Shown here piece after piece: positions 39,210 through 50,886 of a stretch of 64,000 bases of DNA; position 1 is the first letter of the stretch, and every line of letters starts with the position of its first letter. Under the pieces are notes generated by a model. It saw only the letters and a list, made by a program, of their open reading frames with translations, was not told the origin of the DNA and did no database searches. Source of the DNA: Leucoraja ocellata (lineage: Eukaryota); assembly GCA_036785375.1 (NCBI GenBank), contig JAWMAR010000013.1:1550001-1614000 (forward strand), written 5' to 3'. The position numbers and the translations under genes are program-made.

Positions 39210-40415
39210 TCACCTATCGCTGCATCAGATCTAGAGCAGATGCCTTCTCCCCAGCCCTACACTCATCTCCGCAACAGGGACACGCTTGTCAGCTCCTATT
39301 TATTAACTATAGCTCCACCTTCATTACCTTAAGCCAACCAAACTCATCTCCAAGCTTTTGGTCCTTGGAATTGTCCTCCCTCTCCCACCCCCTGCAACTA
39401 ACTGCGTGGTTGAATTCTTGACCTGTCGACAACAATCAGTAAGGATCGGTGACAAACCATCCTCTGATAATTCTCAACACTGGTGCTCTGCAGGAATGTC
39501 TTCCCAGCCCCTTAGCATTCTCCAGAAACATTCACAAACTGTGCGGCTAAATTTCCAAATTTGAAGAAGACACCACTGTAATGGGTAGTATCACGAACAA
39601 CGACGAAATGGAGTACATGAAGGAGATAGAGAATTTAGTATCATAGTGTCAGCACAACGACCTCAGTGTCAGCAAAATGAAAGAGCTACTCATTGTCTTC
39701 AAGAAATGGGGTAGTGTACATGCCCAGTCAACATCAATGGCGTTTACTGGAGATAGTTCAGAGCTTCAGGTTCCTCAGCATAAATATCAACAACACACTG
39801 ATGCTACAGCTAAGAAAGCACAATAAATATGCCTCTACTTTCTCAAAAGTCTAAGGAAATTTTGAATGTCTCCAAAGATTTAGCAATTTTTATAGATGCA
39901 CCATAAAAACCATCACAACCTGATGTATCACAGCTTGATTGGGCAACTGCTCTGCCCAAGTCCACAAGAAATTGCAGTGCTTTGGATTCAATCGTCCATC
40001 ATACAAACAAGCCCATCAACTCCCTTGGGAAAGAAACCAACATAATCAGGGGCCATTGTTTTCTCCCCTCTCTCGTTGGGCAGAAGATACAAAAGTTTAA
40101 AAGCATGTACCATATCGTTCAGAAACAGCTTCTTCCCTGTTGTAATTAGGCAACTGATCAAACCTCTTGTAAAGCCAAGGATGCAGACTCGATTTCTCAA
40201 CACTATTGTGGCTCTTGCACTTGGTGGTTATCTGCACTTTCACTGCAGCTGTAACACTATAACACTGTATTCTGCATTCTGGTATTTTTTTCTTGGCACT
40301 ACCCGTTTCAAGCCTTGTGTATGGCTTGATTGTACTCATGTATGGTATGATTTGACTGGATAACACACCAACTACGTTTTTCACTGTATCTCAACACGTG
40401 ATAGTAATAAACCAA
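39210..40415 (+). mobile_element. Degenerate Rex1/Babar-type LINE RT fragment in an FBXW5 intron
   Basis: Peptide remnants FLTCRQQSVRIG and GRRYKSLKACTISFRNSFFPVVIRQL. 3' AATAAA near 40406. Confidence 0.75.
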
Positions 40416-40748
40416 TGACATTATATGTGGAAGGCTTCACATGTCACTTCCTATTTTTAAAACAGACTTTTCAACTGACATCATTGTAGCCTGTGTTTTA
40501 ACCCCTCTGCCACTGCTTTGTCCACTTTATACAGTAAGCACTAGTTATTCTAAAAAGTGTAAATACTGTAACTGAAAAAGTTAATGTAAGTTAATCCATC
40601 ATCATCCATTTGGTATCATTCTGGAGAATATGCATGGCACTCTCTGAGATTAATCAGTCCTGAGTGAGACATGGGGTCATGATAGCAACTCAGTATTTAA
40701 TAGGGCCCGACTAATTTGGTGAACGGAAAAGTAGCTAATTAATTTCAA

Positions 40749-40999
40749 AGGTAGGAGTAACTCAGCGGGTGAGGCAGCATCTCTGGAGAGAAGGAATGGG
40801 CGACGTTTTGGGTTGAGACCCTTCTTCACCCTGATGTCAGGGGAGGGGGCTGGACAAAGATAGCAAGTAGGTGGAGACTGTAAGTCTAGTGGGAGAACTG
40901 GGAAGGGGAAGGGGATGGAGAGAGAAAGCAAGGGCTATCTGAAGTTAGAGAAGTCAATGTTCATACCACTGGGGTGTAAACTACCCAAGCGAAATATGA
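40749..40999 (-). mobile_element. Penelope-like element 3' end (GIY-YIG ORF C-terminus plus terminal repeat) with an 8-bp TSD
   Basis: 41000-40935 on - translates FIFRLGSLHPSGMNIDFSNFR*, the L..L.P.G.N terminal motif of PLE GIY-YIG domains. AATTTCAA at 40741-40748 and 41000-41007. Confidence 0.8.
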
Positions 41000-41284
41000 A
41001 ATTTCAATGTTTAAAAGATATTGGACATGTACATGCATAGGAAAGGGTTAGAGGGAAATGGGCCAAAAGCGGCAAATATGATTAGTTTATATAGGCATAT
41101 TGGTCGGCATGGACAGGTTGGATTGAAGAAACCATTTCTGTACGGGTATCATACGAGCAATTTCTCCAAAAAAATTCAGAAAAAAGTTGCAACGTTATAG
41201 AACTCCAAAACACTTTGCACATAATGACATTCTTCAGAACGTGATCACTCTTGAGCAGGTTCAGGAAAGGATTTGGAGACTAAC

Positions 41285-41477
41285 CTGGATGTCGGGGAAT
41301 CGATCGATTCACATTGTAATAACGATAGAAGAGATCCCTCCACAGAAAATCGTCACGAGACACTCCGTACCACTGCCTGCAGGTGCCGCCAGCAGCGAGG
41401 ACATCCTGATGCTCCATGTTCTGGAACACTTCGAGGAGAATGGTGTCTGGCAGCAGGGGGGTGCCCCCGCTTTCCAT
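41285..41477 (-). CDS. FBXW5: FBXW5 first coding exon (F-box)
   Basis: ATG at 41477, ends CCA G|gttagt, 193 bp. MESGGTPLLPDTILLEVF...CRQWYGVSRDDFLWRDLFYRYY. The 8 exons sum to 1737 nt (578 aa plus stop) in one frame. Likely acceptor ttttcatcag| at 41501. Confidence 0.97.
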
Positions 41478-42949
41478 CGTATCATTCTGAGCTCATGTGC
41501 TCTGATGAAAACATTAAAATCAGCATCGTGGGCAGAGGTATCTCGTACAAGTGAAGGATAATACAAAGCATCTTTAGGACTTCCTCAGAAATTATCCAGC
41601 ATCTAAAAACAGAAACCCTCTCTAATATTTTACTTTCTGTACACAAAGAAGCACAATGAAAAATTTCAGCAAAGTCACGCTGCAAAAGAACACCAAATTT
41701 TGATGGAAGCTGAAATGCCCAGTATGGCAGTTAAAATTGAGGAAGAGGAGATGTGAACAGGCCATTACTGAGCACACATGAGTACAAAGCAAAGAGAAAA
41801 TGTTATAACATATTTTATGATAGCATTAATCCTCTCTGCCCCACATATTCACACTTTCCTCTCAGTAGCATGGTGCCAAAAATGACAGAACAACAATAAT
41901 AAATATTACACTAGGCCTTTAATGAGAAGAAATCGTCAAATGTCTATTACATCAATGTTATCAAACTAATTTAACTCTGAGCTATTTAAAGTTATTTGGG
42001 AGCGCGACCAAATGCATTACGGGAAAACGAAGCCAAGATTTATGGAGGGAATTCCACAACTCAGGGCTTTGATGGCTGATGACATATTGACCAAAAATTA
42101 AATGATTACATTTACAATTAAAAATGTCCTAAATACCCAACAGTCAAGGAATAATCATGAAGAAAGAACCAAAGCTAACATTTTAGTTGAAGAAGACTCT
42201 CGACCCGAAGCGCCCTGTCCATTTCACTCTCTGTGTACTGCCTGACCCACTGAGTTCCTCCGGCAGTTTCGTTTTTACTAACATTTTGCTGACTTTGGTC
42301 AAACTGTTTAGTTTCAGATTTCTAGCCTATGCAGTATTTTACTTTTAGATTACATTTGGATTATCAAGAAGAGAGAAGTGGAAAAGAGCACATATGTTGA
42401 AGATGAGGGGCTTCAAGAGATAGCAGCGAAGATAAGGAGCAAGTCCATGGAGGAATTCCAATGATAAACATTTATAAAGCAAAACATTGCATAAGTGGCA
42501 GCAATGTAGATCAGCAAGCAAAACAACTTGGGGAAACAGGTTATGCTGCGAATATTACCCGACACGTTCAAACTCTCCCCAGATGGAAAATAATTCATTG
42601 GCAGTGAGACTGACCAGTCACCACCTCATCAGGCCCTGTCCTGTCGCCCACCCTTCCCAATTCCCCTCCGTTTGGTTCTGGGGCTCTGCCAAACCCCTGG
42701 TTGTGTGCCCCCTGTGCACCCCTCTCCCCAAGCAAGGCCCTCCACCCTTCCCCTGGGCTCTGTCATTACTCTCTCTTGGGTCCAGTATCTTGACTTGACC
42801 CTAATCCTGTCAAGGGTTTCAGGCCCCTGATAACCCCACCCCCACCCCATTCCATTCTCGTCGTTCCCGGGAACCTGTCAACCCCCCACCCCCGGTCCTG
42901 GGACCTCAACACTGTCCCACTCGGTTCCATTTCCCGTTCAAGCCCAGGT

Positions 42950-43620
42950 CCGAACGGAGTCCCGGAGTCTCTCACTCACTCTCCATGTGCCGTCACCATC
43001 ACCCCCTCCCCGGGCCCCGTCAACCACCAACCCCGGGCCCTGTCAGCCGCTTCTCAGGCCCTGTTTACTCTCCCCGCCCGCAGGCCCGGCTTAACCCTCC
43101 CATATCCCGGCCCAGCTGCAACTCGGGGTCTCCGGGAATGTTATCGCAAGCGGGCGCCGCCGCCGCCGGCCCTCGGGCTCATCTTACCCGCAGCCTGTTG
43201 CCGGGCCGGGCCGTGCCGTGGTGGGGGCGGGGGCGTGGGCGCGGATCGCGCGTCGGTCGCCGCTCTCCCTGGGCTGAAGCTGAACGTGGAAGCTGAGCTC
43301 TCCCGGCTCCACTGTGAGGAAAGGATCGGGCAGCCTGGCGGTTCCTGGTGGAACAGGCCCGGCCCCGGGAACCAGTCGGTGAAACGGAGAATTAGTCGTC
43401 AAACCGGGGAATCCGTCGGTAAACCGGTCAATAAGTCAGTACACAGATTAGTCAAGAGATAAACTGGTCAATCGGTCGGTAAACCGGAGAAATAGTCATT
43501 AAATCGGAAAATCAGTCGGTAAACCGGAGAATCAGCAGCTAAACCCGACTCAGTGGGTAAGCCGGAGAATCAATGGGTAAACCGAACCCTCGGTATGTAT
43601 ACCGGAAAAATCAGTCGGTT
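42950..43620 (-). promoter_or_regulatory. CpG island: FBXW5 promoter and non-coding exon 1
   Basis: Very GC- and CpG-rich with GGGCGG boxes. Minus-strand donor CGG|gtaaga at 43188/43187 gives the likely 3' end of exon 1. Confidence 0.8.
43371..43620. repeat. Degenerate 20-bp tandem array (~12 copies) at the upstream edge of the FBXW5 CpG island
   Basis: Consensus approximately ATCAGTCGGTAAACCGGAGA, period 20. Confidence 0.85.
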
Positions 43621-43624
43621 GTTA

Positions 43625-45150
43625 AAACATTAGTAAACTGTGTTTCATTGTCATATGAAACTGACAATTAAATTCTTACTTGCAGCAGCACAACAGATAG
43701 TCTGTAAACACGATAGTCTGTAAAATCAATAATAAAACAACAAAAGGACAATTTATATATATATATATATATAAATTGTCCTTTTGTTGTTATATTATAT
43801 ATATATATACACACAAATAGATAAACGAACAAATAACTAAATAAACGAACAATAATAATGCAAAGTCAAAAAAATACGCTCCCAAATCTATATAATTTGG
43901 AGGTTGCAGCGTTTAATGATTGTAGGAAAGAAGTTGCTCCTGAACCTGGACTTTATCGTTTACAGGCCCCTATTTACCTTCTTCCCGATGGCAGAAGTGA
44001 AATGAGAGCGTGGTTAAGCTTGTCTTCTAAGTAGAGGCATTGATGGGGTTTCTTTATGCTTGAATCAATGTGCTGGGTCCAGGACAAAATCTTCAGAGAA
44101 ATGCACACCCATGAATTTGAAGCTTTTGACTCTCCACCATCGTCCCATTGATGAAGACAACTTTATGGATCCTCATCCTTCCTCCTCCAAAGCCCACAAT
44201 CAGTTGCTTGGTCTTACTGATGTCGAGAGCAAGGTTGTTGTTCTGGTACAATTTAGTCAGTCGTTCTGTCTCCCTCCTATAATTTGTCTTATTGTCATCT
44301 GTCTTTCGTCCAACAATGTTGGTTTCGTCAGCGAAGATGGAGTTTGAACTGTGTCCGTCTACACAGTCATGAGTATAGAGTGAGTAGACCAGGGGGGGTG
44401 AGCATGCAGCTTTGAAGTGCTCCCATGCTGATGGTTATGGAGGAGGAAGTGTTACTACCAATTCCGTACAGATGGTGGTCTGTTGATGAAGAAAGTCATG
44501 GTTCCATTTGCAGAGGGATGTGCAGAGACCCTGTTCCGTCAGCTTGGAGGGGATGATGGTGTTAAATGGCGCGCTGTAGTCTATGCACAACAGCCTGTCG
44601 TGTGTGTTTTTATTATCCAGTGATCCAATGCTGAGTGAGCAGACCTTCAGTTGGTAAAATGAACTGCCCTTCAGTAAACCTGAAAACCAATTAATCAGAC
44701 TGACCTCCCAGACCAAAACCGGACATGATCTTAAATCCTCCACTCCTTAACTTGAACCTATGCTCTCAGATAAAATACATCTTTGGTTGGCGAAAGGTTT
44801 TCACTGTCTGCCCTATGTATGCCATTCACAATTTTAAGTAACTTGATCAAGTCCATCCATTCACTCCCCCTCCCCTCTGTATCCGTGATGGATACAGTTC
44901 ATCACCAGTGTTCAGCACTTTTTGTAATCTGCTTTATTTTTGGCCGTTCGAGTTGCCAAAACAGGACGTCATGCAACCGTTCAATATGCTTTCTACCGTA
45001 GACCTGTAGTTCAAAAGATCATTCGTCGATATACCGAATCCGCTCAACTTCTAAGGAAGTGGAGGCATTGATGGGCTTCCTTTATGAGTGCATTGATGTG
45101 CTGAGTCCAGGAGAGGTATACAGAACTATCCACGCTCAAGAACTCGAAGT
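43625..45150 (-). mobile_element. Rex1/Babar-type LINE fragments between FBXW5 and C8G
   Basis: RT remnants [19 protein letters not shown] and LSWTQHINALIKEAHQCLHFLR on -. Confidence 0.75.
43736..43791. repeat. Perfect 56-bp AT-rich palindrome
   Basis: AACAACAAAAGGACAATTT-(AT)9-AAATTGTCCTTTTGTTGTT. Confidence 0.95.
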
Positions 45151-45339
45151 TCCATTTGGCTAGAAAAAATAGGTTATCAATAGGCAGGTCTCCACAACAG
45201 GAGAAGATATCAATGAAAATTGGAAAATTAAAGTAGGAACAATAAATGATAGACTTTTTAAAACACATGGCATGGTGGAAAGTACAAATATTTAAATTTA
45301 GCATTTCAAATCTCCATTCAACTTTTTCCCTCACACCTT

Positions 45340-45950
45340 AAATATATGGCCTTTAGTATTTCTATCCTGAGAAAAAATCACTGATTTGTTACCCTATCCC
45401 TCTTGTAATTGTGTAAACTTCTATCATGTTACCTCTCAGCCCCTAACACTCCATAAAAAGAATCCAAGTTTGTCCAACCTCACCTTATAGCTAATACTCT
45501 CAAATCCAAGTAACATCCTTGTGAACCTCTTCTGCAATATCTCCAGTGTCTCCACTTCCTGTAGTGTGGCAATCAGAACTGCACACAATATCCAAACATG
45601 GGCAAACTATAGTTTAATGCAGCAGTAACATGAATTTTCAACTTTTATACTCAATGCCCAACTGATGGAAGTCAGTGTTTAAGAAGGAACTGCAGATGCT
45701 GGAAAATTGAAGGTGCACAAAAAAGCTGGAGAAACTCAGCGGGTTTCCGGCGGATAAAATAGATGGAAGTCAAATATGCCTTATGCCTTCTTTACCACCC
45801 TATCCACTTGCATTTCCACTTTCAGGGATTCAGGACTCATACGTATCTGGATTACACTCCCATCTGCTGTTTCTCTCCCCAAATTTCCAACTAATCCATA
45901 TCCAGCTGTATCATTTGACAATCTTCTTCACTATCTGCAATTCCATCAAT
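45340..45950 (-). mobile_element. CR1 LINE fragment with a nested Penelope-derived insertion (45675-45761, 11-bp TSD)
   Basis: CR1 ORF2-type sequence. GATGGAAGTCA at 45664-45674 and 45762-45772 flanks gtgtttaagaaggaactgcagatgctgg... Confidence 0.7.
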
Positions 45951-46319
45951 TTCCAAAATACAGAAATGGAAGGAGCAATGCCCCTCCTAAATTCTGCAAG
46001 TTACTGTAATTAGTAATTGTAACTGTTATTCTTTCCATGAAAAAATGCATTCGCTCTTTCATACTAACGTAGATTCATACACCACAGAAACAGGTCCTGC
46101 CGACCATTAATGCAGTTGTGCCAGTTTCATTTTTAGGACAACTTTCTGTTGTTCTGGATTCATTTCTATTGGAGTTGGAGTTGAATAACAGGTGAGAGGG
46201 TAGGTAGATATTCTTGGGGGTTATGGTGAGAAGAAGGTGGGTAGTGAGGCTTGAGGGGAGTGACCACATTAGGATATTTCTGGGAGAGGAAGAATTGACT
46301 AGTCCAAGCAAAAATTGTA

Positions 46320-46440
46320 GGCTGGTGTTTCTTTAATGATAAACCAGAGATGACCTTGTCACTTGTAAATACTGCTCTATCTCTATGTACGGGAAATTCC
46401 ACAGAGCTCACTCAACAGATACATTGCCTGCCTCCAGACC
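46320..46440 (+). promoter_or_regulatory. C8G proximal promoter with hepatic/inflammatory motif cluster
   Basis: HNF1-like TTTAATGATAAAC 46332-46344; nuclear-receptor extended half-site TGACCTTG 46351-46358; forkhead TGTAAATA 46364-46371; kB consensus GGGAAATTCC 46391-46400; Kozak gaccATGG at 46441. Confidence 0.55.
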
Positions 46441-46578
46441 ATGGGGCCTCTCAGATTGATCTTCCTTACCACTTTAAGTTTAACTTTCCTTTCAGGTGGC
46501 AGTAGTGCGAGCCGGCGAACACAGAATCGGAATCCTATTGACCCGATCCAGGCTCAGCAGAACTTTAATGTTCAGCAG
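46441..46578 (+). CDS. C8G: Complement C8 gamma exon 1 (signal peptide)
   Basis: MGPLRLIFLTTLSLTFLSGGSSASRRTQNRNPIDPIQAQQNFNVQQ|gtaaca, 138 bp. Compare human ...SPISTIQPKANFDAQQ. Confidence 0.93.
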
Positions 46579-47340
46579 GTAACAACACAATTTTTAAGCC
46601 ACACTATTTCCTAATAGTGGTACAATTGGAGATCCAGCCTTGCTGGTGAAGTGAACCTCCATCTCCGTTCCCTCAGCAGCAACATGCTTTTAACCCTTTA
46701 CAGATTCAATAATGCTGCCAGTAAGTTGAAGACGATATTGAACTAGATGCTTGAGGAACTAGTTGAGGCAGGTCTAATAACATTTGAAAGTCATTTGGAC
46801 ATATACGTGGATAGGAAAGGTTTAGAGGGATATGGGCCAAGTGTGGGCAAACGAGACTAGCTTCAATGGGGCATCATGATCAAGTTGAACTGAAGGGCCT
46901 CTTTCTGTACTGTGCGACTCTGACTATGAGGCTGATGAAGGGTGGACAAGCAGCAGATTATGCAGAGAAGTGTGAAGTGTTGTATTTTGCTGGATTGTAT
47001 GGGAAGGGGCAGCTTACACTAAATTATACAATTTTGCAAAGGATTCTGAAACAGACCTAAGATAATTTGTATTGAAATCTTTGAAGTTGGTAGGATAGGT
47101 TGAGACAATGATTAAAGCGTCAGTTGGGATTCTTGGCTTCATAAATGGAAGCAGTTAGTGCAACAACATCGGCAGAGAAAATTCAGTTGCACGAAGAGAC
47201 TGCAGAAGCTAAGACTGAACACAATTGAAGGTAATTGGGATAATGCAATGCGTTGGGAGTACGTATGAAGAGTATCATGCTCTGTGTTTAACCCTCAATG
47301 CTGCTCCATTGTGACCGCAGGATGTGATGTTTTACTTTAG

Positions 47341-47477
47341 TTTGCAGGTGTGTGGCGTCTATTTGCCATTGCATCGAAATGTTCCCATTTGGCAACAAAT
47401 AACCACAGGCTGGAGGCCGTCGTTGTCAAAGTGAGCGATCAGACTGAAGCCATGCGTGTCAACACACTGCGCAAACT
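47341..47477 (+). CDS. C8G: C8G exon 2 (lipocalin GxW motif; Cys equivalent to the one linking to C8 alpha)
   Basis: tactttag|TTT...AAA CT|gtgagt, 137 bp. FAGVWRLFAIASKCSHLATNNHRLEAVVVKVSDQTEAMRVNTLRKL versus human [26 protein letters not shown]...STFRKL. Confidence 0.95.
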
Positions 47478-48089
47478 GTGAGTGCAAACAAACATTCTTT
47501 CTGCCAATTTGCCAATCTCCCTTTCATTGGGAGTCGGTCACTTTGCTTTAATTGAGCTGGAAACGAGCTGTGCTGGCATCACAGAGCAAGGGTCAATTAC
47601 TCATGTTCTCACTGAGAGGACCCCCTCCTCTTTCTGGTCAGGAACTAGACCCCTGTCCCCACTGGACCAGTTGGACTCCTGCTCCCTCTGGACCAGTCGG
47701 AGCGCTAGAATTGCTGCCAGAAATCTAGGTTCGATCCTGCCTACAGGCGCTGTCTGTACGGAGTTTGCACATTCGCCCTGTGACCACGAGGGTTTTCTTC
47801 GGGTGCACTGATTTCAACCCACATTCCAAACACGTGCAGTGTATTAGGTAATTGGCCTTTGAAAATATCCCAAGGGCCTGTTTCCACGCTGTATCTCTGA
47901 ACTAAACTACCTGTTCCCACTCAACAAAAGTTGGACCCCTGTCTCCACCAGACCTGATCAGCAGGCTGTGGGCTCACACTCACTCAGTCAGATTTAGTAT
48001 TCGTACCTTCAGAGAATCATAGATTCATACAGCACAGAAACAGGCCTGCTGACCATTAATCCTTTACAATAGTAATATACTAATCCTAC

Positions 48090-48800
48090 GCACCAGCACG
48101 TGTTCCATAGCCTTCTCTCATGGACTTTTAAGTGCTTATTCAGTTACCTACTAAATGTGAGAATCTCTGCTTCCATCAGCTACCCAGTTAGTGCAATCTT
48201 TGTCAAATTGCCGCTAAACCTCCTGCCATTTCCCTTAAATCCATGTCTTCCAATTATAGACACCTCTGCTGTGGAGAAAGGTTTCTTACTATGTACCGTA
48301 TAATACCCTCATTTTTTTAACTTCTTTTTCCATCTCAACCTACTGCATCCCAAGTGAAACTAGCCCTGTCGATCCAGTCTTTCCTCATTACTGAAATGCT
48401 CCATCCCAGGAAAACTGTGGTGGATCTTCTCTGTACCATCTCCAATTATGTCCTTCCTACAGTAAGATGACCAGAATTGCATAGAGTACTCCAGCTTTGG
48501 TCTAACCAATGAATTATTTAGATACACAATAACCTCTCTGCCCTTACATTCTCTGCCCCAGCTAATGAAAATCATATACATTCATCGCCACCTTATCTAA
48601 CTTTGTTGCCACCTTCAGGCATCCTTGGCCTTACTGAGGACTCTCCGTTCGTCAGTTCTCTCTAGGGCCCTACCATTCGTCGTGTACATCCTATGCTTAA
48701 TAGTCCTAAAGTAAATGCATCAACTTGCACTTAACAAGATTTAATTTAATCTGCTATGACTGTGCCCAGTTGACCAACTGAACAGGATCCTCCTGCAGCC
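48090..48800 (-). mobile_element. CR1 LINE 3' fragment in C8G intron 2
   Basis: ORF remnant SLVRPKLEYSMQFWS...EERL is a CR1 RT C-terminal motif. Confidence 0.8.
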
Positions 48801-48956
48801 AGGTCTATCAATGGGGGAACCACAGGGTCAAATAAAGAAGGCTCAGTGGAGTTTCTTTGCTGGGCTAAGATTTTGACTGCAGAGGTTAACAAAAAACACA
48901 GCTTTAAGCATGCCATGCAGCAAAATGTAATGCGTGTTCTCTTCTCTCACTCCCAG

Positions 48957-49027
48957 GGATGGGATCTGTTGGGATATTAAACAAGAGTACAAGAAGGCTG
49001 CAATACCTGGGAGATTCTCACGGAAAA
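48957..49027 (+). CDS. C8G: C8G exon 3
   Basis: actcccag|G GAT...AAA A|gtttgt, 71 bp, phase 2-1. DGICWDIKQEYKKAAIPGRFSRK versus human DGICWQVRQLYGDTGVLGRF. Confidence 0.95.
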
Positions 49028-50663
49028 GTTTGTGAAATCTTTGTTCTTGTTTTGTAACTTTCCACTGGTCCCATTAGTGTCTCTCACACATCCACTGAGA
49101 GTTCTTTGCCTCCGCTCCTTCCTGACTGACTCCCTCTGCCCTCCCTACCCCGAAAATGCTGACTTCCTCCCTTCATAACACGAGATACATCAGGGCCTGA
49201 AGGGCTGAGTTTCTCCCCCTCACTGTTGAAGTGTTGACCCTCTTCTCCTTCCCTCTTTATTCTCACTTCAAGCCCATCACATGAAGGTTTACTCCCTCTA
49301 ATGAGCTGCTTTTTTTTTCTTTCCAAAGGTTGGAATTTCATAGAGTTGTACTGCATAGAAAAAGGCCCTGTGGGACAGGGACCACCCCATTAGAGATGCA
49401 GCCTCTTCCCTGTTGAGATTCACTCTCCCTCTTTCCCACCCCATCACTCAAGTCATTGACTCCCCCTCTATCCAGAGCCTTGTGTATCTCAATATGGGCC
49501 TTAATCCACACCCTCTTTCTCCCTGATAACACTAATCTACTCTCCACTCTTCACTGGCCTCATAAAGCTGTGACACTCTTCCTCTCCTCTACAATGGATG
49601 ACTTTCTTCTCTTCGGAATGATCCATGCCTCTCCCCCTCCCCTCTAACGGTGGCCCTGTTCCCTCAAGGGACTAACACCCCGCCTCTCCCCATCACCTCG
49701 CCACTTCCCATTATGGCTGACTCTCTCCCACTGCTCCCAATGCTCCTCGCTCCAATGGCTGTCTCTCCACGTCCTAAAGATACTGCTTTCCCCCTGTCAC
49801 CAATTCCTTCTCTCCAGAGTTGCTGCCTGTCCCGCTGAGTTACTCCAGCATTTTGTGTCTATCTTCGATTTAAACCAGCATCTGCAGATCCTTCCTACAC
49901 TAATTTTATACTGTTCCATTGTAGGGCTGACCCTCCTTCCTCTGACATTGATCCTCTCCTATTCGTCTCCCCTTAAGGATTTGATCTAATTTTCCCCTGT
50001 CGTCCACCCTTCCCCAATGCTGACTTCTTCCCCCAATGCACAAGAACCTGACAACATCCTTCCTCCCATCAAGCCCCTTTAATATAACTCTCTCTTGCCC
50101 GTAAGATTCTGACATTCTTTGGTCCCTCCTCACAATTAACACTCCCATTGATTATGACTCTCTCTTAAAATTGCTGACTCCTTCCATTTGTTTTATTATT
50201 TGCATGATGTCAAGGTGGGGGTGTAAAGGCCATGTTATTATCCAGAACTGAAATTTCTCCAATTCTTACACTAAACCTTAATTAGATTTAAACTGGCTTG
50301 AAATAGGAGAATGATGTGTGCATGAACTTCCGTGACAGCCCATGACCATTCATTTGTGTATTTTCAATCTGGAACCCACTGCAGTACCTGCCTTTAGGAG
50401 AGATATTGATAGGCTCAAGGTTGGGAGGAGCCCAGCGAATAATTCCTTCATCGAGAAATACTATTAGGAAATGGGGAAGGTAGTGGAGGGTGGGAGTACC
50501 TGGGCAGGCATCAATGGGTATGGATAGTCGCCTATGCTGCATTCTTGATTCATTCCGAGGAAGGAGAGACTAGGAGTGGCTCAGTAAAAAGCCACAATTG
50601 GCAATCTGTTTCAATATTATTATCCCACATAGTTGTTTCAGGAATCAACATCCTAATTGTGTC

Positions 50664-50759
50664 GAAGGTAGACACAAAATGCTGGAGTAACTCAGCGAGA
50701 CTGGCGGCATCTCCGGAGAGAAGGAATGGGTGACGTTTTGGGTCAAGACTCTTCTTCAG
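50664..50759 (-). mobile_element. Short Penelope-derived insertion with an 8-bp TSD, 25 nt upstream of C8G exon 4
   Basis: ATTGTGTC at 50656-50663 and 50760-50767. On - it reads CTGAAGAAGAGTCTTGACCCAAAACGTC. Confidence 0.8.
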
Positions 50760-50784
50760 ATTGTGTCTTTGCTTCACTCCACAG

Positions 50785-50886
50785 ATCGGGGGCTTACCAC
50801 TGACATTGTAATCAGTGAAACAGACTACACCAATTATGCAATTGTCTTTTTTCAGCAAAGACGGAGAATCACTCTCAAACTCTATG
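50785..50886 (+). CDS. C8G: C8G exon 4 (lipocalin TDY motif)
   Basis: ctccacag|AT CGG...TAT G|gtaggt, 102 bp. NRGLTTDIVISETDYTNYAIVFFQQRRRITLKLY. Confidence 0.95.

Noticed and set aside
41502-41604. More distal acceptor (gtttttag| at 41602) for the FBXW5 first coding exon
   Set aside because: It is possible, but the proximal ttttcatcag| site has a branch-like sequence and gives a short leader. I cannot decide without transcripts, so it is not annotated.
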